A program made the position numbers and the translations under genes. This document shows positions 17,016-32,085 of a stretch of 64,000 bases of DNA, piece after piece (position 1 is the stretch's first letter; each line of letters starts with the position of its first letter). The notes beneath the pieces are model-generated. The model searched no databases. It saw only the letters and a program-made list of their open reading frames with translations, and was not told the origin of the DNA. The DNA lies in the NCBI RefSeq assembly GCF_009914755.1, contig NC_060926.1; one strand, written 5' to 3'. This DNA comes from the human T2T-CHM13v2.0 reference genome, Homo sapiens.

Positions 17016-20000
17016 CTGGAGCAGCTCCACATCTAGTTTATGGCACATTTTTATCAGCTCCTTATAGATTCTTCTTAGATTATTTTTTTTTTCTGAACCA
17101 TTTTGTCTTTTTGCTTTTCTTAAGTTGCTGTAAAATCTTTCTGTCATCATCTGTAAGTTTCTCTAAATGTTGTTTTACTTCTCATGGGGAACTGAATGCA
17201 GCTTCCTCTACTCAGCTCTAGTCATCTCTGCCCGTAGCTACACATGGCACTCCGGGGACCTGGATTTCCTAGATGACATGTTTACTCTGAATTCATCCTC
17301 CTCCACTTATACCTCTTCTATTCACTTTGACTCGTTTTCTTTTCTTTATCTCTTTCATCCTTTCTTTATAATAAAGATCACGGTCTTACTATGTTGATGG
17401 CCAGGCTGGTTGGAAACTCCTGGTCTCAAGTGGTCTTCCCAAATTATTGGGATTACAGACATGAACCACTGAGCCTAGCCTGACTCATGTATTCTACCAA
17501 TAAGCTAAGTACATAAACTCGTGTCTTCCCACTTGACAGAACCATGGAATAAATCATTCCTGTCTTCCTTTCATTTATTTGTATTGTTTCTTAATAATAC
17601 TGACAGCCAAATTCATTCGTTCCTCAAACCACTTTCATTCATTATATGACTTCCTAAAACACCTGAAGAAAGGTTATTATTGATCGTTTCTTCAATATAT
17701 ATCCATTGATATCTGAAAGCCTACATGAGAGCCATTGGAATTTATGGTTGATTCACAAATAATTTTTTGCAGTGTTATGATCTCTGTGTTTTTAAATTAG
17801 TTTTTAGTACCAGGTCTTCCTACTCCATAGCTTGACCACTCTCTCTGAGCAGTAATCAATGCTGCATTGTACCCTCAGGATTGGAAGCCATGAGAAAAAT
17901 CTTCCTCAAATCCTACCAAGATGATTTCCATTCAAGTGATAAGTGGATACATTTCTAGCATGTCTGTCTGAGGCTAACTCTGAGGGAAAAGGCCTAATAC
18001 TTGCAATCCACTGGTTGGTTTTCCTGCTTTCCTCATTTAAATTTCTTTGGTTTTCTTGAATTTTTGCCCACAAACATCTCATTTGCTTCATAATCTTCTC
18101 CTGTAAAAGAACTATGAATGTGAACATCAGAGAAGCAAATCATTTTAGGTTTCAGACCCCCAGTGATAAAGAAATCAAGGGATGAGATATGAAAGAGATT
18201 TGGGAAGATCTCGGACTGTAGAACCACAACGTGTAACGCAGCAAGTTTAATAGGAAAATCATAGGCAGGGCTAATTTACAGATAATGTGGCACCTTGCAT
18301 CAGAATTGGAATCTACTGACACCGTGCCCTGCTAATTCTAACGTGTTTTATTCTATTATTTCCAGTGTTGGTAAATAGGTTTCTTATAGAAAAGACTTTT
18401 TAACTTGTAGTTTGGATAGCCAGAAACTCTTCTGATATTGAGCTCTTTACAGTGCCTTGAACACTGCATCAAGTAGTCAAATTATTACAATGATTATTAA
18501 CTTCATCACTCCCTCAGTGAAATGTAAGCTCCAGGAAGGAAAGCACACTCAGATTATATTTATTATTTTATCATTGATACCTAGGCACTACACGACATCC
18601 AGTACAGAGCAGATTAATCATCATGCTCTTCATCTTCCCCTAATCTCTTTACCTGTGCCATCCTCCAGCTTTCAAAGTGCTCTCAGAGCCATCACTTACC
18701 CAGTGTTCCTTAGCTGCCCCTCACAGTGTGTGTGAACCCCATGCTCCTGAGAGTTCCAGCACAGCAAATGAATCAGGCTCTTTTTCCACCTCTCCAAATA
18801 TCTTCTTTGTCTCCCTGTGGATCCCACGCATTTGTTCATTAGGGCTCAGGAATTGCCAGAGACTGGCTTTTCTGGCAACGGACACTAGATTCTTCAGAAG
18901 AATATTGGTTTTGAAGTCCTCCTGCTGTGACAGTTCCCAGCATGTGGGCAGCAGGTAGGAATTTTGGTTTCTTCCTAGGAAAGGCAGAGACAGGGCCTAC
19001 AGAAGCTGGGGCTGCAGCCTGTGGCAATGGGGTCTACACATTAGTTCAGACAGAAGAGGCAGATGGATTCTTTCTTTCTGGAAGGCTTGTGTGATGTCTG
19101 AGACCAATTTCCTGAAGGAAGGAAATTAGGAAAGGTATGATTCAAACTTCTTCATCTTATGCCCTGAGAAACAAAGACCAAAGCAAAATTTGACTCAGGT
19201 TGTGACTCAATGATACACTTCTGTCTAGAGTAGAATAGGCTTTATTTTGCATAAGACAAAAATAGAACCTGAGGCACAAAGAGAGCTCTCAGATCTGTAG
19301 GTAAAATTGTCAGATGCATGCATAACTCACAGGGCACTACATCCTACCCTTTTCTTTTGTATAGAAAAATGAACCTCAGAGAGGCCAGAAATGGTGGCTC
19401 ACACCTATAATCCCAGCACTTTGGGATGCCAAGGCTGGTAGATCAGGTTGGAGACCAGCCCGGCCAATATGGGGAAACCCCATCTCTACTAAAAATATAA
19501 AAACCAGCCAGGAGTAGTGGCACATGCCTGTAATCCCAGTCACTCAGGGGACTGGGCAGAAGAATCGCTTGAACCCTGAGGTTGCAGTCAACTGAGATTG
19601 AGCCACTGCTCTTCAGCCTGGGCAATAAAACAATACCTGTTACAAAAAGAAAGAAAAAGAAGGAAGGAAGGAAGGAGAAAAGAAAAGAAAGAAAAGGAGA
19701 AAAGAAACCTCCATTTTGTTGAGTTTTGACTTTACTCCAAAAAGCTTGAGGTTTAAGAGTATGAAATTGGGACCAATTTACACCATAGATGATGGGTCCT
19801 GAATATTCTGAAAACCATTCTTAATGCTCATTGTGATTGGTTTAGGAAAGATCGATTTAGTACAAAAGAAAAAAGTGATTGGTTTAGGAAACTGTATTTC
19901 ACTGAGATTTTACTCTCATTATTTCATTTTGATGTCATAATTTTCTCCTTTAAAGTATTTCGAAAATCCTCAATCACAAGCCACCACTGCAAAATAATTT

Positions 20001-20725
20001 CTAAATAAATAAGCAATATTTATTTACTGAACATTTGGTGAAATTTCATCAGATCAGATTTCACCCAAAATTTGATCAGATTTCACCCAAAAATGCTAAA
20101 GAGGCATTTAGTATACTCTAAAACACAATATTACCCTCAAATTATTCAACATATTACCTAAGTTGTATATTATAGAATATTTTGTCTTGTGCATATATTT
20201 ATGTGCCACCTTCAGAATTGAAGGTAATACATTTATACACAACATATGGAATAAAATATTCTCCATAAAATTTAGGATATACAACAAGTATAAAATTGCA
20301 AGATATCTGAAAACTATTTTCTGAGTTCTTAGAATACATAGGAACAACTAATGAATACATAAATGATACAAGTAAAATTAATCTTCACTGTAGTTCACAA
20401 GTATGTAGGAAGACAGGATAACAAAATAAGAGTAAAAACATTTTTACTAATTAAGCAAATGACATCATTTCATAGAAACAAGCTCAGTTTGTTGAAAAAT
20501 TCAACGTAGGGCAGTCTGTTTTGGACTGGAAAACTAGCAGGTACTCCTCCTCTGTTAGCTGTGCTCTCACCCTAGAAATATACTTATGGTCTCACTGATA
20601 CTTGCTGTAGAAGTAATAATATAAAGTCTGATCAGGGATCAGGGCCTCGCCATATAGTGGCAGTAGCTTTCAGACATCTTCACAGCCAGTTGCAAAGCCA
20701 CTCTGTGTGTCCCAGAGAAGAATGA
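17016..20725 (-). pseudogene. 3'-truncated TRIM43-like pseudogene. Exons: ~20725-20571, 19111-18700, 18100-18005, 17249-17016
   Basis: The start codon is mutated ATG>TTG (19107-19105). The RING exon has frameshifts and stops. Exon [32 protein letters not shown] has a GC donor, and exon 4 has stops and a GA donor. Exons 5-7 are absent. Confidence 0.85.
19383..19710 (+). mobile_element. Alu (internally deleted) with a purine-rich tail
   Basis: Alu motifs followed by a (GAAA/GGAA)n tail. Confidence 0.8.
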
Positions 20726-21234
20726 GCTTGGCTCCTTGTACCTCTTTATATTGAATCTCTGAAAAATCACACTGATTTTGAAAAGGCTATGCATTTCTTG
20801 GAGTTTGGGATAGCCGTTAGGGTTCTTGATTAGGTTTCACCAGAAGAGAGGAAATGATTGATTCAACACCTTGGCTAATCTCCATAAACACACTTTAAAC
20901 TTCCTCTCATGAAGAACCACTGAGTTTACAGCAAATGAACCCTCAAATACCAAATTTGTGGATAATTTTTGGGGTACTTTAATATGTTACTCATCAAAAG
21001 ATGGGAAAGAGGATACCATCAATTTATGATTTTAATAAATGTCTTCAAAAGTCTGGAATATTTTTTCTCCTTTTTCTTTTTTTTTCTTGTGTTTTTGGAA
21101 ATGTTTTGCCTGAAGTTGGCTTTAATTCTAATAGTCACTGAACTGGACTGGAAATGCACTTTGCTGTTGCTTTTAAGACTTGATCTCTGGTTTTAGTGTA
21201 TTAATGTATTACTGTCAATTCATATATTATATAT

Positions 21235-21394
<160 letters not shown>

Positions 21395-22967
21395 TAATAA
21401 AAGCATAAGAATTATCCTTATTATAAATTAAGAAATAGAATATCTTTAAGAAAATATTTTTAAGGAAATATAATATCTTTAAGGAAAAATGAAATCTCCA
21501 GTAGCTATAGACTCCTATGAAAACCACCGTTACCAATAGCAATTTTGTGTATGTCTATATAACACATACATATGTAAATATATATAATATATACATGAAT
21601 TTTTTCACATTCGGCAGTCATTGAAGAATAAAAATTGTAATGTATATTAATAAAAAGTGAAATAAGTAAAATTTGCTGTTTAGTGAAAACTTTGCTTAGC
21701 AACTTAAATGAAGCTGCAGAAAATGTGACTTGGATAATAGATGTAAAAAAATGTCATGAGGGCTTCACAGGTGGACAAATAGAGGTAAACTAGGAGAGTA
21801 GTAGTGACATATGGAGGATGAGAGTATCACATATGTCCTTTATAAACAGCATAATGTGTGATTGACTGTAGCACAAAGGGGAGCTAAGTAGAGAAGATGA
21901 GGAGAGTACATATTCAAGGATATAATGTTTGATAGTTTTTTCAGAGTAAACAAATACATTATTGAATTAAAGAAGCCAAACAATCCTCATTTTGGATTTG
22001 TAAAACATAAATTTACTTTGTTTTGAATGTGCAAAACAACATATTTTGGCTGATTTTTAGTATTTCTCTGTCTTTGGTGGCTGATTCATTATGATATTTT
22101 AAGTTTGAAACCACCACCAAAGATGAAGAATCTCTTAAAAGCAGCCAAAATAAACTGTTTCATTGTGAGGGAACACTTAATAGAATGACAACAGACTGCT
22201 CCACAATCATAAATCATAAATGTAAGTATAAGACGGTGGACTAATATTTGTAAAGTGTCAAAAAATGTAACTGCCAATATGGAGATGAATGTGAATTGGA
22301 AATATCTTTTATATAAGAGGATAAAATGACTCTTGTCATATAAGTATAATAAAAAAGGGACTTTATATCCTACTAAGGGCTTCTAGAACAGTACGCATAA
22401 GATCTACTTGAAAGATAATTCCAACACCTCTGCCACATTGAATCTGGCTTTATTTATTGCTTAGTCTCTTAACAGTGTTTCCTTTATGTATCTTTTCTGT
22501 TTCTATACATGTCTGGTAAGTTTTACCCAAAAAGTGAACTATGTAGAGTAGACTAATGTAGAAAGCATTAGAACACATGTAGAACCCACATGTATTCCCT
22601 TTTACTAGGCTGTATGTGTGTGTTTTGGGGGAGGAGGTTGAATCAATCTAGTCAGGAGTTGATTTGGTTTTGGGACTTTTTCCTCTTAGAGTTATTTCCA
22701 GGGCACCATAAGTTTCACGCTTATCTAGCATTACTTTGTGTTTCAGGTTGGACTGGTTCAGCAGCTTTTCTCAATATCTGCTGTATCCTCACATTTAAGT
22801 TTCCTTTCAAATTCTGTTCAGTCCCCCAGAAGACACTGCTTTGACCTGTTACTCAACAATTGTGAGCCTAGATGGGGGTGGGGATGAGGATGGAGAAGCA
22901 TTCTCTGTCATTCTGATGAAGCTCAGTCATAGGTTGACACTGTTTCTGGGTCTGCATGGTTGGAATC

Positions 22968-23263
22968 CTTTTTGTTTTTTTGGTTTTTTTTGACGGAGTC
23001 TCACTCTGTTGCCCAGGCTGGAGTGCAGTGGCATGATCTTGGCTTACTGCAAACTCCACCTCCTGGATTCACACCATTCTCCTGCCTCAGCCTCCCAAGT
23101 TAGCTGGAACTACAGGCACCAGCCACCATGACCAGTTAATTTTTTAAAAAAATATTTTTAGCAGAGACTAAAGCCAAGATGGTCTCAATCTCCAGACCTG
23201 GTGATTCGCCCGCCTCAGCCTCCCAAAGTGCTGGGATTATAGGCGTCAGCCACCACGGCTGGC
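22968..23263 (-). mobile_element. Alu (AluY/Sc-like)
   Basis: Antisense Alu preceded by poly(T). Confidence 0.88.
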
Positions 23264-23509
23264 TAGAACCTTCTTAATGATCCTGTCCCACCTTCAGATG
23301 TAGGTCTAAATCCTCCACATATTTCTTTTCCTCTTTTATCTTTTCCCGTTTCCAAAGTTCAATTAGTTTTACCAATGTCCCAAGGGCAATGACATTCCTT
23401 ATCTTTTCCTTTGTAATTTAAGATTGTGTTACACAGGAGAGATGAGGAGGTAAATACAGGTATTTAAATGTAATATTCTGTGAATCTCTTCACAGACTGT
23501 AAAAAAAAT

Positions 23510-23888
23510 GTATGTGGCACATATACACCATGGAATACCATGCAGTCATAAAAAAGGATGAGTTCATGTTTTTTTGCACGTACGTGGATAAAGCTGGAAG
23601 CCCTCATTCTCAGCAAACTAACACAAGAACAGAAAATCAAACACTGCATGTTCTCACTCACAAGTGGGAGTTGAAAAATGAGAACACATGGATACAGGAA
23701 GGGGAGTATCACACAACGGGGCCTGTCAGGGGGTGGGGGGCCAGGGGAGGGATAGCATTAGGATAAATACCTAATTTAGATGACAGGTTGACAGGTGCAG
23801 CAAACTACCATGGCACAGGCATACCTATGTAAAAAACCTGCACATTCTGCACATGTACCCCAGAACTTAAAGTATAATAACAAAAAAG
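23510..23888 (+). mobile_element. L1PA 3' end
   Basis: ORF2 C-terminal remnant MWHIYTMEYHAVIKKDEFM, then the L1 3'UTR G-tract and cagaacttaaagtataataa. Confidence 0.92.
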
Positions 23889-24564
23889 CATGGTTTATGT
23901 CTTAATGTTGATTGATATTAACTTATCATAAAAGAAATTATATATATACACATTAGAAAAATTAGGCATAAAATTGAATTTATCTATTTCAAACTTCTTT
24001 TCTTACACGTTAAAATATTAAAAAATACATATATAATTCTCTTCTTCATGAAAGAAACTCATAGTTTCTCTCCTTCATTGCAATGCTGCCTGGATCTTAT
24101 CCTGGTTATTTTTACGTTTCCTAACCATTACCTTCCTAAAATATTATTCAACATTCTTACTTCTAATACTAATTAATGGAGTTTGCCATTTATATAAATA
24201 AAACACTGTAATATAACATTTGTGTGTTTCAATTCTTTTTCTTAAACTTCTTTCTTAAACTTGGGATTCATTAATTTGTTGCATTTTGGTGTTATTCTCT
24301 TTGTTTTATAGAATTATTTTGTATGATGAGATCACAATTTATTTAGCAATTCTACTGTTGATGAATATTTATTTTGTCTCCAATTTGGAGCTACTATGAA
24401 AATTGATGCAAAGATCAACATTATGTTTATCTCAAAACGTACATAGGCAATCAGTAGAATATATTTTAGAATTAGAGTGTCTAGCCAATAAAGAATGCTC
24501 ATAGTCAGTTTGCCAAAAAGTATTTCAGCTTACACCCCTCCAGCCATGAATAACTTACATTGAT

Positions 24565-25400
24565 TCTTTTTTTTTTTTATACTTTAAGTATTAGGGTACA
24601 TGACAACGTGCAGGTTTGTTACATGCCATGTTGGTGTGCTGCACCCATTAACTAGTCATTTAACATTAGGTATATCTCCTAATGGTATCCCTCCCCACTT
24701 CCCCACCCCACAACAGGCCCCGGTGTGTGATGTTCCCCTTCCTGTGTCCTTGTGTTCTCATTTTTCAATTTCCACCTATGAGTGAGAACATGCAGTGTTT
24801 GGTTTTTTTTCCTTGTGATAGTTTGTTGACAATGATGGTTTCCAGCTTCATCCATGTCCCTACAAAGGACATGAACTCATCATTTTTTATGGCTGCATAG
24901 TATTCCATGGTGTATATGTGCCACATTCTCTTAATCCAGTCTATCATTGTTGGACATTTGGGTGGGTTCCAAGTCTTTGCTATTGTGAATAGTGCTGCAA
25001 TAAACATACGTGTGCGTGTGTCTTTATAACAGCATGATTTATAATCCTTTGGGTATATACTCAGTAATGGGATGGCTGGGTCAAGTGATATTTCTAGTTC
25101 TAGATCCCTGAGGAATTGCCACACTGACTTCCACAATGGTTGAACTAGTTTACAGTCTCACCAACAGTGTAAAAGTGTTCCTATTTCTCCACATTCTCTC
25201 CAGCATCTGTTGTTTCCTGACTTTTTAATGATCGCCATTCTAACTGGTGTGAGATGGTATCTCCTTGTGCTTTTGATTTGCGTTTCTCTGATGGCCAGTG
25301 ATGATCAGCATTTTTTCATGTGTCTCTTGGCTGCATGAAAGTCTTCTTTTGAGAAGCGTCTGTTCATATCCTTTGCCCACATGTTGACGGGGTTGTTTAT
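24565..25400 (-). mobile_element. L1PA 3' portion (ORF2 C-terminus plus 3'UTR)
   Basis: ORF 24765-25136 is the L1 ORF2p C-terminus (...WHIYTMEYYAAIKNDEFMSFVGTWMKLETI...MFSLIGGN). Poly(T) at the left end. Confidence 0.95.
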
Positions 25401-26498
25401 TATGTGTATTTAAATTTTGCTAATTTTTATGAAGGCCTGTAGTTCAACTTGTGGATTAATTTTTATAATTCTGAGGACTAATAAAAGTAACCCTTTTTTC
25501 ATATTTGGCCAGTTATTTATGCCTCCAATTTTATGAAGTGCCTGTTCAAATATTTTACCCAATTTTATATCGGGTTCATTTTCTTTTATTTATGACATTC
25601 ATTAATCACATGTATTGCATTTTGTTTCATATAAGTTGGGATAAATATTTTTCTCCACTCTTGGTTTCCATTTTAATTCTTGGATGGTATATTTTGAAAC
25701 ACAGAAGTCATTATTTTTGATATAAACTAACTAAATTTTCCTTCTTAATTGTTACTTTTTTGTCCAGGTTAAGAAATCTTTCTCTATGAGAATATTTTAT
25801 TATGTTCCCTTCACCTTCACAACATGAATCCATGTGGAAATGAACTCTGTATGGTTTGAGATAGGGGTCAGTATTCAGTCATTTCCATTTGAATATTTAA
25901 TTGATCCAGCATTGTCCTGATCACCTTGTAAATTTCACTTTAGAACAGCACTCTTAATAATGCATGAGCATTTGTGTATAAGATGAGATTTACAAAGATA
26001 AGCACAGCATAGGAGGTCAAATAAGATTACCTCAAGGTATGGATTCAGAAATAAAACACATGGATAAGTATAGTATTGTTAGATGAAGAGAAAGAAAATA
26101 TTTCCAAGTTACCACTGACTCTTTTTACTCCAAGTTTTTTCATGAAGCACAAGATCTCTATTTTCTTCCATTGATTTTAACTTCATTTAGACACCTCTGT
26201 CATCTCTGATTTCACTTTGTGACATTCAGAAATAATGAAAAACCAGAGGATATATTCTATGCCATCCATCATGGGTAATGATTTTCCAAAAATGATTAAA
26301 CAAAGAACCAATACACATGGTTTTAGTTTTTTCACCATATTTAATAGAAACCGTATTAATGAGTTGTGATGACATTAGAAGGCAACTAAACACATTAAAT
26401 ATAACTTATTTGTCCTCTTTGATGAGGCACAAAAAAGAGGACTTCCTGGGATAAAGGGGTTTACACAGCATGTGGACACATTACCAATTTGTCTCTGG

Positions 26499-26997
26499 TC
26501 AGAGGTGACTACAGCGAAAGATAGGCCTGAGAAGAGGTGAGAAGGAGCAATTATGGATGGTGTATATAAGGGAAATTTGATCAGCATCAACAATGCTCAT
26601 GGTTCTACCTTCACAATCCAGGAATAATCCTCCTCGGCTGCTAGGCCTTGGAACATATAGCACCACATGTGGGGTGTGGTAAAGAGCCTGCAGTGAACGT
26701 CCTCCTTAACACATCCAAGAAGAAAGAGTCCCTCCTCTCCATCTATCTTGTCATTCTGTCTCTTCTCTTTCCAATAATTGTTACAGACACCAAAAGCCCA
26801 ATTCCAAGAGTCCCCCACATGAACCTCCCAATAATATTTGCCAGATGTGAAAGTCTGAGCGCTCTACTCAGGAAAACATTCAGATGTTGCCATGATGCGG
26901 GGACCATCTTGAGGGTCACATCCAACATTCATGCTTCTTAAGTCTCCATACAGGAAGATATGACTATTGGCTCTTTCAGGATGCAGAGTAATATCAA
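26499..26997 (-). pseudogene. Orphan TRIM51-like B30.2/SPRY terminal exon
   Basis: Reads cag|(V)DITLHPERANSHIFLYGDLRSMNVGCDPQD...GKYYWEVHVGDSWNWAFGVCNNYWKEKRQNDKIDGEEGLFLLGCVKED...LRPIFRCSHL*. It has a premature TAG at 26864-26866 and a later frameshift. Confidence 0.88.
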
Positions 26998-27736
26998 CTG
27001 CAAATTTTTTTAAAAAAAGTATGGACACATGTAAATAATAAAAGTTAAAATTCTTGAGGGAAAAATTGTTCTACCAAGTATCTACTTTACCAAGGAATTT
27101 GAAGTTACAAGAACAGGATAATTTTGATTATAACATTTAATAAAGGACAAGGAAGATTAATATTCTCTACAGGAAAAACAAAACCCTAAAAACAGACATT
27201 GAAAATTTGGAAACTCAAAAATTGAGAGTCAAATATAAGACCAGCCTGTTTTAATCCAATTTCCAATGTAAAAGTGAGATATTATATGCCCTGACTGTCC
27301 TTTAGCTATCAAGGTCATTATTATTAAAATATTTCTTGTTCTTAAATACTAGTGATATAACTTTGGCAAGAATGGGAAGAGTTTCACTTACTCAAGCACT
27401 ACTCTAGATAACTGGATAAAAGTCCATATGTCCAAATTATAAGTGATAACTTAAGGCAGATTTCTGCAAAACCTCATTAGCTCTTTAGGTGCCAGAAAAT
27501 CTATCTCTTTTGTTCATTTCTGCATTGGCTTAGAATGCTTATTAAGACACAGTAGGCACTTGATAATTTGCAGAAAAAAGTATTGTAAGTAATATCCTTA
27601 AAGATATCACCTTTAAAGAAACAGGATGACTTATAATATGAATAATTAAGCTGATGATATCTCTCTCTGTCTTTCACAAACAGCCATTTGATTTCTTTCT
27701 TAGTGCTTAGAAGTGTGTTTAATATCGTTCGTTTTT

Positions 27737-28057
<321 letters not shown>

Positions 28058-28443
28058 TCAGGAAATCTGTACTCCTTTCAGAATATATATGTACTTTCAT
28101 TTCGTCACTTCTCTTAGCAGTATTCATTTTATGTTTGAATCAATAAATAATCAATACAGATTGTTCAGCCATGAATTTAGGCCCCATCTTCAACTACGCT
28201 ATGCTACTTTTTCTGCTACATCTCTAAGCACTGCCTCTCTCATGATATATGTGTAAATCACATATGTGAACTATATAGAATTCCAGTAGTATGATGGATC
28301 TTGTATATAGTTTCCAACACCCCCTCCCCAGTTTATCTGCCTGAAATTCTCAGGAATTTCTCATTAATTTTTTTTGTAGTGTAGTTTAATTTTATTTAGA
28401 AAATGAAAGATAATATAATTTTAAAACTTTTGACTTACATATA

Positions 28444-28881
28444 CTGTTGATCCTTGAATAACCCTGGTTAGAACTATGTGAGTCACTTATAATTGGAGTT
28501 TCTTCTGCTTCTGCCACCCCTGAGACAACAACCCCTCCTCTTTCTCCTCCTTCTCAGCTTACTCATCATGAAGATGATGAAGGTGAAAACCTTATAATGA
28601 TCCAGTTCCACTAATTATATTTACTATTACATTAATGAATAGTAAATTTATTTTCTTTTGATTTTCTTGATAACATTTTCTTTCCTTTAGCTATCTTTAT
28701 TGTAAAAATACAGTATAACATATAAAATATGCATTAATCAACGGCTAACATTATCAGTAAGGCTTCTAGTCAACAGTAGGCTATTGATAGCTAAGTTTTG
28801 AGGAAGTCAAACATTACATGTTGATTTCTGACTTCGTGGGATCTCGGCACCCCAATCACCATTTTGTTCAAGGGTCAACTC
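28444..28881 (+). mobile_element. Tigger2a/MER28-like DNA transposon
   Basis: Terminal inverted repeats ctgttgatccttgaataa and ttgttcaagggtcaact, flanked by TA. Confidence 0.75.
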
Positions 28882-29534
28882 TAAGTTTATTAAATTTTTT
28901 TATATCATTCAAATAATCTGAGAATTTCTTTGTGAACACTCAAAGGCTTTATCTTTCTGTGAAACCCTGTGTTTATCTCATGCAATAATTATTGCATTCC
29001 ATAGTGATAGTATGTTTTCTCATAGCTATTAATATTTTATATCATTCCCCAGGAAATGAAAAATATTTTAGCTGAATATGTTGATATTAGGAAGAAATCC
29101 TAATAAAAAGTTTGCTTCCATGTTGAAATGATTAGATGGAACCCTTTCACTATTGTTCTGCTGCTCACAGTAGCATAACAATTTATACCTTGGTAGTGCC
29201 CATTGCTCTAGTTGGTACACTGAAGCATATGCTCCCCATGCTTTTCTGATAATATTGTGAATTATATTAACCTTTTTTGAAAGTGATAGTTATGTATTGC
29301 TAAAGTGTCAAACAGCTGTCACAAAGTTCTATACTTTATCAAAGTATTTTCATTTCTTGAATTATTTCTTAAGAAAAAGTCTCAATTTTGGAAAAGAAAG
29401 ACTGCTTTGAAAAAAACTTGAGTTCTAAAATGATAATGGCAAGTATTTCAAAATAACCTATTCCTAAGAGAAATTACTAAATAAGTTGATATTCACCAAT
29501 TTGAACATTTTATAATAATTAGAATTGATCATTA

Positions 29535-29863
<329 letters not shown>

Positions 29864-30522
29864 TTATTAGAAATACAATATAAGAAGATATTTATAACAA
29901 AATAAGAAGCAAGCAGAAAGGATGTAAAATTGCAAATATAACTTGATTAATTTTATTTAACAAATATAGGAAAACTTAAAGGGAGTTAATTAATTAGCAT
30001 AATAATTGTGTTATCTTCAGGGAAATATTGGGAGAATTGTTTCCTTATTGTTTACAATTCTTTCCAATTTTTTTATGTGGGTAAAAAGTCAACAGTGAAT
30101 ATGAAAATTTAAGCAGATTTCAAACATGGCGTATTCCATGAAGCTGATTTTCTATCTTTAAAAGAAAAATGATGTTTTCTTTCCCTGACAAAATGCCTCA
30201 TCGTTTGAATTATGGTTTGTTAAGGACACACAGCTTTTTCTTCCTTGAGTATTTCTATATTTGGTTCATTTTCTCCAAATGATAGTAAAGATTTAGTCTG
30301 TGTCTCTATATGATGTTTACAATTCCTGAAACATGTGAGCAGTGCGTTGCACATAATAATAGTAATTTCTCACTAAGTCAATTAAGCTGAATGTTGAATT
30401 TCTCAACCAAAACTTTGAAATCTAAGGAAGAGACATGTCTTCATCCTGCTTTTCTTGTGTGACTTCTTTCCCCTGTATCAAAGAATACAGGGTGTTAACA
30501 CAGGATACAGAGAAAGAGAAGT

Positions 30523-30549
30523 GTGTGTTTGTGTGTGTGTGTGTGTGTG
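30523..30549. repeat. (TG)n microsatellite
   Basis: Direct reading of the sequence. Confidence 0.9.
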
Positions 30550-31691
30550 CATTTACCTATGTGTAGCCACATCAATTTTTGTATTTGTAAGAATGCCTTG
30601 TGAATTTGATTCAGAAACCCATAGCATTTTATTGAAATTATGTTTCATTTGATTGTCTTAACTGTTTATGGGATAACAGACATTCTGGGTTTCATTTATC
30701 ATACACTATTACAAAATCTGAGTTCTTGATGTTAAATTCATAAATATTGAATACAGCTGAAATCCGGATTATAGAGGTTTTCCTATTATAGGTTATTCCT
30801 GTTTTCATTTTGTCAACAGGGTGCAGTTGAAAGAACAATATGGACCTCCCATTTCAGTGTGAATATAGGCAAGTTATTTAACTCCTGACCCTTTGTTATC
30901 TTATCTGTGAAATGGGGCTACTACGCTGCCCAACTTGCAGAATTGCTCTGAAGATTAAAAATCACGTATTGTATAAACATTCGAAAGAGTAATTGGCACA
31001 TAGGAAGCGATCAGCCAGTTCTAAATGCTAACTGCTAGTAAAACTAAATTTTAAAAAAGTAAGAAATAAAGTAATGAATGTAATAATTAATACTTTCTTA
31101 ATGTAACAATTGTTTCTCATTAATTACATTGTGACAGAATTGGTATATTGAATTCGGTGACTCATTGTTCGTCTGCTCAGAGTTTGTTGATACACTCTCA
31201 ATTAGACGGAATCATTCTTACTGCAATAGCAATCCCATCACTCCATTTGGAATGTAAGTTCTGTGAAAGCAGGGAGTGTTTGATGCGTAGTGGGCATCCA
31301 GATATTGTAGAAAGACTGAAATAAACACCATGTTTTGGTTTCCTAATAGGTTTAGCTTTAAAAGTAAGAATATTGTTAGTTATCACTTGGCAAATATTTA
31401 TAATTTGCCAGGCATCTTACTGAACATTAGTAGATTATCTTATTTTAATGTTGATGTTACTTCTGTGAGTAGATTACTAGGATACCTAAGTTGAAGAAAG
31501 TCTTGCCTATATTTGTATATCTGGGTTTATCAGTTAATTATTATTCCAATGTAAATAAAAATCACTACCATTTTTCCCATTGGCACATGCAGCTGTTTCT
31601 GTGCTTTCATAAGCCTCAGCAGAATAGTATTTTATAAGATTTAAAAATATGGTAGCTATGTATGTTATTGTTTTTAATTTGCATATTATAG

Positions 31692-32063
<372 letters not shown>

Positions 32064-32085
32064 CCACAGTTTTTAAAAAAATACA

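Noticed and set aside
20052-20092. 19-bp direct repeat gatcagatttcacccaaaa (period 22)
   Set aside because: Two copies only, consistent with an ordinary slippage duplication. It is not a CRISPR-like array.
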